In this document: in pieces, positions 26,975 through 31,252 of the stretch
Layout of the letters: each line of letters begins with the position of its first letter
Position numbering within the stretch: position 1 is the stretch's first letter
DNA from: Conexivisphaerales archaeon
GTDB lineage: Archaea; Thermoproteota; Nitrososphaeria; Conexivisphaerales; DTJL01
Length of the DNA: 31,252 bases
Direction of reading: 5' to 3'
Assembly: GCA_049509455.1 (NCBI GenBank)
Contig: JBEKZX010000019.1
Span: forward strand, 1-31,252
Translations under genes and position numbers: made by a program
Notes under the pieces: generated by a model
What the model was told of the DNA's origin: nothing
Seen by the model: only the letters and a program-made list of their open reading frames with translations
Databases searched by the model: none

Positions 26975-28228
26975 CTAGGGCCAGAGGCCGCGCAGTTTCA
27001 TCGCATCGATGACCCTCTGGACGGCAAGAGTGAGGGCACCCCTCCTCATTTCGACGCCGTATTTTACGCTCGCGTCGTAGGCCGCGTTGAAGGCCGCCAG
27101 CATCTTGTCGTTGAGCTTGGCGTTCACGTCGGCCTCCGTCCATTCGTACCTCTGAAGGTTCTGGACCCACTCGAAGTAGCTCACCGTAACACCGCCCGCG
27201 TTGGCGAGGATGTCAGGGACGTGGAGAATCTTCTTCTCATGGAAGATCCTGTCCGCCTCGGGGGTGCAAGGCCCGTTGGCCGCCTCCGCGATGATCTTGG
27301 CCTTGACGCCGCTTGCGTTCTTCGCCGTGAGCACGCTCTCCAGCGCCGCCGGCACGAGGACGTCGGTCTCGGTCATGAGCAGCTCTTCGTTGGAGATGTT
27401 CCTGGAGCCTGGGAAGTTGACGACGCTCCCGGTCTTCTCCTTATGCTCTTGGACCTTGCTCGGATTCAGGCCATCCTTGTTGAAGATGCCTCCCTTCGAG
27501 TCGCTTACTGCGATGACCTTCGAGCCGTATTCCTCGTGGAAGAGAAGGGCGGCATTCATGCCCGCATTCCCGTATCCTTGGATGGTCACCCTCGCGCTCT
27601 TTAGGGGGATGCCCAGTTTCTTTGCTGCAGCGGCTGCCGTGATGACCACTCCCCTTGACGTAGCCTGTCCCCTCCCTAGGCTGCCTCCCAGCGCGATGGG
27701 TTTTCCTGTGATCAGGCTGGGCTCCGTGTGGCCTTTAAGAATGCTGTAGGTGTCCATTATCCAAGCCATATGCTTGGCCTCGGTGTAAACATCGGGAGCC
27801 GGTATATCCACGTAGGGCCCGATGATGTCGCTTATCATGTAGGCATAGCGCCTAGTCATGCGTTCCACCTCTCCTTCCGACATCGCCTTGGGATCGCAGA
27901 TGATTCCACCCTTTCCGCCGCCCAGGGGGATGTCCACCACAGCGGTCTTCCACGTCATCCACATCGAGAGAGCCTTCACCTCGTCGAGCGAGACCTGTGG
28001 ATGGTAGCGGATTCCACCCTTGTAAGGCCCCCTCGCATCGGAATGCTGCACTCTAAAGCCCTCGAAGACCTTGACTGAGCCGTCGTCCATCTTCACCGGC
28101 ACCGAGACCTGCAGTATCCTCTTCGGCCTAGCGAGCATCTGATAGTAGGCCGGGTCCGCGTCGAGAAGATCGGTCGCCGACTTAAGTTGTTCAAGGGCTA
28201 CCTGCCATGGGTTGACTTTGTCCGACAT
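26975..28228 (-). CDS. gdhA: Glu/Leu/Phe/Val family glutamate dehydrogenase
   Basis: GPYKGGIRYHP, GGGKGG, DIPAPDV, TGKP, IQGYGNAG, EAANGP and NAGGVTVSYFEWVQN. Confidence 0.96.
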   Translation of the reverse strand: MSDKVNPWQVALEQLKSATDLLDADPAYYQMLARPKRILQVSVPVKMDDGSVKVFEGFRVQHSDARGPYKGGIRYHPQVSLDEVKALSMWMTWKTAVVDIPLGGGKGGIICDPKAMSEGEVERMTRRYAYMISDIIGPYVDIPAPDVYTEAKHMAWIMDTYSILKGHTEPSLITGKPIALGGSLGRGQATSRGVVITAAAAAKKLGIPLKSARVTIQGYGNAGMNAALLFHEEYGSKVIAVSDSKGGIFNKDGLNPSKVQEHKEKTGSVVNFPGSRNISNEELLMTETDVLVPAALESVLTAKNASGVKAKIIAEAANGPCTPEADRIFHEKKILHVPDILANAGGVTVSYFEWVQNLQRYEWTEADVNAKLNDKMLAAFNAAYDASVKYGVEMRRGALTLAVQRVIDAMKLRGLWP

Positions 28229-28321
28229 AACAGTCTCGGGTTCTGTGGCTTTCTATCGAGATAATAAGGTTATCATCACTAATGACGCTAAGAATAGAGC
28301 CTATTCGGGATAAGTTATCGC

Positions 28322-29023
28322 TCATTGAGTGAGAGAATTCAATAACTCCAACGTTTTCTCGTAAGGGTTTGCGTTTCTCACTATGCTGCTAGAGACGAGG
28401 GCCCCCCTGGCGCCCAGACCGAGGGCGGCGACGACGTCGGCGCCATCGACGATGCCAGCTCCGCAGAGAGGGACAGTCCTGGGGCTCGCCCTGCCGATCG
28501 CTGCTACGGAGTCACGCACGACGTCCGGCGACACCTTTGAAACGGCCCTTCCGCTGCCTATGAGCTCCGGGGGCTCCACCGCTATGAAGTCGGGCTCCAT
28601 GGAGGCCAGCTCGCCCGCCTCGACGGCATCCCTGGCGCAGATGAGGCTCAGCAGGGAGTTCTCCCTCAGCAGGCTCACCGACTCCCTGATTTGCTCGATA
28701 GAGATCCGATGCTCGCTGTGGTTGACGATCGAGCCGGCGCAGCCCAGGACCTCCAGGACCAGGGGCGTGACAAATCCAGTCGAATTGTCCGCTCTGACGG
28801 GGTCCACGTGCTGCGAGAAGACTGGGAGCCGGCTCTCCGCCATCACCCTTGAAAGCATGACCGGAGGAGGAGCTATGACGACACTTGCCTTGGCGTCGAG
28901 GGCAGCCGCCTGGATGGACCTGGCCAGCTGCAACCCTTCTTCGGAAAGGGATTCCCTATAGTTCTTGAAATTGACGACGAGGACCGGCAGACGTATTTCC
29001 TTCAATGCTTGCGGTGAACACAC
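28322..29023 (-). CDS. tpiA: archaeal-type triosephosphate isomerase
   Basis: VNFKNY, QHVD, NHSEH, AVEPPELIGSG and CGAGI. Confidence 0.95.
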   Translation of the reverse strand: MCSPQALKEIRLPVLVVNFKNYRESLSEEGLQLARSIQAAALDAKASVVIAPPPVMLSRVMAESRLPVFSQHVDPVRADNSTGFVTPLVLEVLGCAGSIVNHSEHRISIEQIRESVSLLRENSLLSLICARDAVEAGELASMEPDFIAVEPPELIGSGRAVSKVSPDVVRDSVAAIGRASPRTVPLCGAGIVDGADVVAALGLGARGALVSSSIVRNANPYEKTLELLNSLTQ

Positions 29024-29133
29024 TTCACATCCGGCGCTTTAAGGGTTTTAGCCGCCTCACCCTTTTGCCGACATAGCCTGCCAGCTGGGGACGCAAATAC
29101 GATTGAAAAACGTCGAATAAGGGGAAACGCGGC

Positions 29134-29229
29134 CTACTGCTCTTCGTCCTCGTCGCCTATATCGTCGGTGTCCTCTTCCCAATCGTCGTTCTCTCCTTCC
29201 CACTCCTCCTCTTCATCATGCCCGTTCAA
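29134..29229 (-). CDS. hyperacidic micropeptide, 31 aa (not in ORF track)
   Basis: MNGHDEEEEWEGENDDWEEDTDDIGDEDEEQ (19/31 D+E); own promoter ATAACCTTATAAA (29280-29268); AAGGA SD-like leader; downstream T-tract. Confidence 0.65.
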   Translation of the reverse strand: MNGHDEEEEWEGENDDWEEDTDDIGDEDEEQ

Positions 29230-29267
29230 GATAGAACCACTTTTCCTTATCGACAGAGTAGCATCAG

Positions 29268-29280
29268 TTTATAAGGTTAT
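29268..29280 (-). promoter_or_regulatory. TATA/BRE promoter of the acidic micropeptide
   Basis: ATAACCTTATAAA; the first 10 nt are identical to the gdhA promoter ATAACCTTATTAT (28273-28261). Confidence 0.55.
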
Positions 29281-29392
29281 TGCCTGCGGTGAAACGAACG
29301 TTGGAGAGACTCCAGCTCGTTTTTCCCTCATTATTTGCGGCGGGGGAGCCGAAACGAACTGGAAATAAGGCGGCCTGCTGCTGGGGGAACCA

Positions 29393-29926
29393 ATGGAACC
29401 GCAAGACGGATTCAACTTCATCGCAACAACGTTCAAGGGGCTCGAGAGGGAGGCGGCCTCCGAATGCATCTCCCTCCTTCGAAAGCTCGGAGATGTTGGC
29501 CCGGTCGCTTCGACGACGGGTGTCACAGGCCTCGTCGTTGGGCGCACTTCCTTGGATCCCGTGGAGGTCGTCCATGGGCTGAAGGCGATGGTGGACGAGG
29601 AGCCTTGGAGCGTGCGGCTGGTGCTTCGGTTCATTCCTGTGGAGGCCACGACGGCGGCCACCCCCGAAGCGGTGGGGGAGAAGGTCATGTCGATGTCGGC
29701 CAAGGTCGCACAAGGGGAATCCTTCAGGGTCACCGTCGAGAAGAGACACAACGAAACGCCTTCCATGAAATTCGTCGAGTCCGCGGCTGGTGCCCTACGG
29801 CGAAAGGTGGACCTTGAAGCCCCAGATTGGGTGGTGCTGGTGGAGGTGATAAGGGACGTCGCCGGGGTCAGCATACTGAAGCCCAGCTCCGTGTTCAGCA
29901 GCGTGAAAGCCAAGAGGGGAGAGTAG
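29393..29926 (+). CDS. THUMP domain RNA-binding protein (Tan1-like)
   Basis: FIATTFKGLEREAASE, LRFIPVE, SFRVTVEKR and VDLEAPDWVVLVEV. Confidence 0.88.
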   Translation: MEPQDGFNFIATTFKGLEREAASECISLLRKLGDVGPVASTTGVTGLVVGRTSLDPVEVVHGLKAMVDEEPWSVRLVLRFIPVEATTAATPEAVGEKVMSMSAKVAQGESFRVTVEKRHNETPSMKFVESAAGALRRKVDLEAPDWVVLVEVIRDVAGVSILKPSSVFSSVKAKRGE

Positions 29927-29959
29927 ACTGGGGTCTATCGAGCGGCAGTCTCTATACTG

Positions 29960-29985
29960 ATGCAACCTAGATAGAAAGGTTGCAT
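29960..29985. terminator. perfect 9-bp inverted repeat between convergent genes (terminator or operator)
   Basis: ATGCAACCT-agatagaa-AGGTTGCAT. Confidence 0.4.
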
Positions 29986-30080
29986 AATAGGCGTTGATGA
30001 CATCCGAGAGGCCATCCAAGGTTCCTCTCAGTCCACCCATCCCCGGGATCTAACCGAGACAAGAATACAGGATGCCATGT

Positions 30081-30406
30081 TCAGAGCGTACCCCGATTAC
30101 GCCCGAGTCTGCGTTCGACCAGCACGGCCATGAGCACGGCGATCAGGACTGTGAAGGACGCCAGGGACCCCGGGAACTCGGGAACTGTGACCTGAAGCTG
30201 GTTCGTGGTGGAAGTGGTCACCATCGCCCCTGATGGGCTGTATCCCGTAGCCGTTATGTTCAAGTCACCCTCACCGACGAACGTGCCATAGCAAGATGAA
30301 CCAACCAGCCCACTTCGCAGGTCCAAGCCCACGTCCGGGATTGGTGGTCGGATGTTGTGATGGCGGTAAGTCAGCGACCCCGATGCCGGAAGCGAGACGT
30401 AAACCT
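30081..30406 (-). pseudogene. 5'-truncated surface protein fragment with PEF-CTERM-like sorting signal
   Basis: Thr/Ser-rich beta segment, then VPEFP, a hydrophobic helix and a basic tail (ERRLGRNR). No signal peptide; the frame runs upstream into the neighbouring gene without a credible start. Confidence 0.6.
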
Positions 30407-30685
30407 CTAGGTCTTGTGGATCTCGCAGTGCTGCTCGTGAATCTTGGGCCAGCGCTTGGCTACGGCCTCGCAGACCATCTTCTTCTCCTCCGGGGTCCCA
30501 TTGTGAGCCACTCTCGAGAGGGCGTCCCTAGCCCTCGCGGGCGTGTCGATTGGATAGGCGCGCTTGGACGGGACGGCGAAGTCGGCGTCAGGCAGGGAAT
30601 TCCTCTCCCCGGTCGTCAGCGGTCCGGTGAAGTTGGACTTCTTGAACTTCTTTGACATTGAGACGTAGTTTCGAGAGCCGGCCAT
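30407..30685 (-). CDS. small basic protein, DUF6582-like
   Basis: ERNSLPDADFAVPSKRAYPIDTPARARDALSRV resembles the ER..L.D.DFA.P..R.YP....AR.AL.R pattern as recalled for DUF6582; AGGAG SD upstream. Confidence 0.65.
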   Translation of the reverse strand: MAGSRNYVSMSKKFKKSNFTGPLTTGERNSLPDADFAVPSKRAYPIDTPARARDALSRVAHNGTPEEKKMVCEAVAKRWPKIHEQHCEIHKT

Positions 30686-30809
30686 ATACGCTTTCTCCTA
30701 TCGCGTAAAGGGCGGCGGCAATCCGGCTCACAAGCCCGGGTAGGACCGTGAGCGAGGGCGACGAAATCAAGTAGCTATTCACGGCTGTGGGCCAGCCTCC
30801 CGCCCTCCT

Positions 30810-31252
30810 TCAATTAACCTATTGTTTTCAATAACATAGTCGTATGTGGGCAGGAAGCGTATTAGGCCATCAGACGATGGCGGGCGCATGTTCGTAGGAC
30901 TGGACCTTCACAAGGTGTACACCCAGTACGCCGTCATGGACGACGATGGCGTGCTTCTGGATGAGGGGAGGATGGAGAACGACCCGGATAGGCTCAGGGC
31001 CTTCTCAGACTCACTCAGCAGCGCCAGCGTCGTGATGGAATCCTCTTCGGCGTGGTACTGGGTGTACAGGATACTCTCCGAGAAACACGAAGTGATCCTT
31101 TCGAACCCGGCGAAGACGAAGGCCACAGCCTGGGCCAAGGTGAAGACCGACAGGATAGACTCTGTCACGCTCGCGAACCTGCTCAGAGGAGGGTACATCC
31201 CGGAGTCCTACGTACCTCCCAGGGAGACCATGGAGCTCAGGGAGCTCGTAAG
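30810..31252 (+). mobile_element. IS110-family insertion sequence, left part; exact left end unknown
   Basis: Transposase plus an AT-rich upstream non-coding stretch with three short inverted repeats. Confidence 0.7.
30888..31252 (+). CDS. IS110 family transposase/recombinase, N-terminal RuvC-like DEDD domain (runs off the window end)
   Basis: FVGLDLHK, VVMESS, LSNP and KTDRIDSVTLA: D-E-D-D catalytic residues present. Confidence 0.93.
   Translation, partial: MFVGLDLHKVYTQYAVMDDDGVLLDEGRMENDPDRLRAFSDSLSSASVVMESSSAWYWVYRILSEKHEVILSNPAKTKATAWAKVKTDRIDSVTLANLLRGGYIPESYVPPRETMELRELV

Noticed and set aside
1-31252. Many overlapping antisense or alternate-frame ORFs in the track (e.g. 1084-1821, 2567-3031, 11957-12475, 18581-19225, 21595-22077, 27201-27749)
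   Set aside because: They are shadows of well-supported genes in GC-rich DNA and carry no family motifs.
1-31252. tRNA, rRNA, RNase P RNA, SRP RNA or CRISPR array
   Set aside because: No cloverleaf, no GAGGAAAGUCC-type RNase P signature, no SRP S-domain motif and no regularly spaced repeats seen by eye.

Overview
This is GC-rich archaeal chromosomal DNA. The YchF signature (GKTNTGKTTFFN), type II GAPDH, archaeal TPI and a VPEFP sorting tail suggest Nitrososphaerota or a related TACK lineage (inference). Most of the window is housekeeping: ychF (partial), a beta-CASP nuclease, gap-pgk, OsmC, MBL, HIT, a YqgF/RNase H-fold protein, DUF309, YyaL/SSP411, PadR, HAD, Nudix, AlaX, a solo HerA-like ATPase, a GT4-DegT-epimerase sugar trio, a LipS2-like/LplA/LplB lipoylation cluster, gdhA, tpiA and THUMP. 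It ends in an accessory patch (PEF-CTERM fragment, DUF6582-like gene, IS110 transposase cut by the window edge). The most interesting region is 9960-11690: a V4R protein, a truncated Roadblock-like ORF, a PH/GRAM-like + zinc-ribbon protein and a FYVE/RING-like 8-Cys finger, all folds whose eukaryotic relatives act in membrane targeting. Reading the sequence also gave several small proteins missed by the ORF track (58 aa, 55 aa, 56 aa and a 31-aa hyperacidic peptide), an internally deleted cysteine synthase gene, and a near-identical promoter core shared by two unrelated genes. No rRNA, tRNA or CRISPR array was seen. All family assignments come from motif recognition by eye; no database searches were run.
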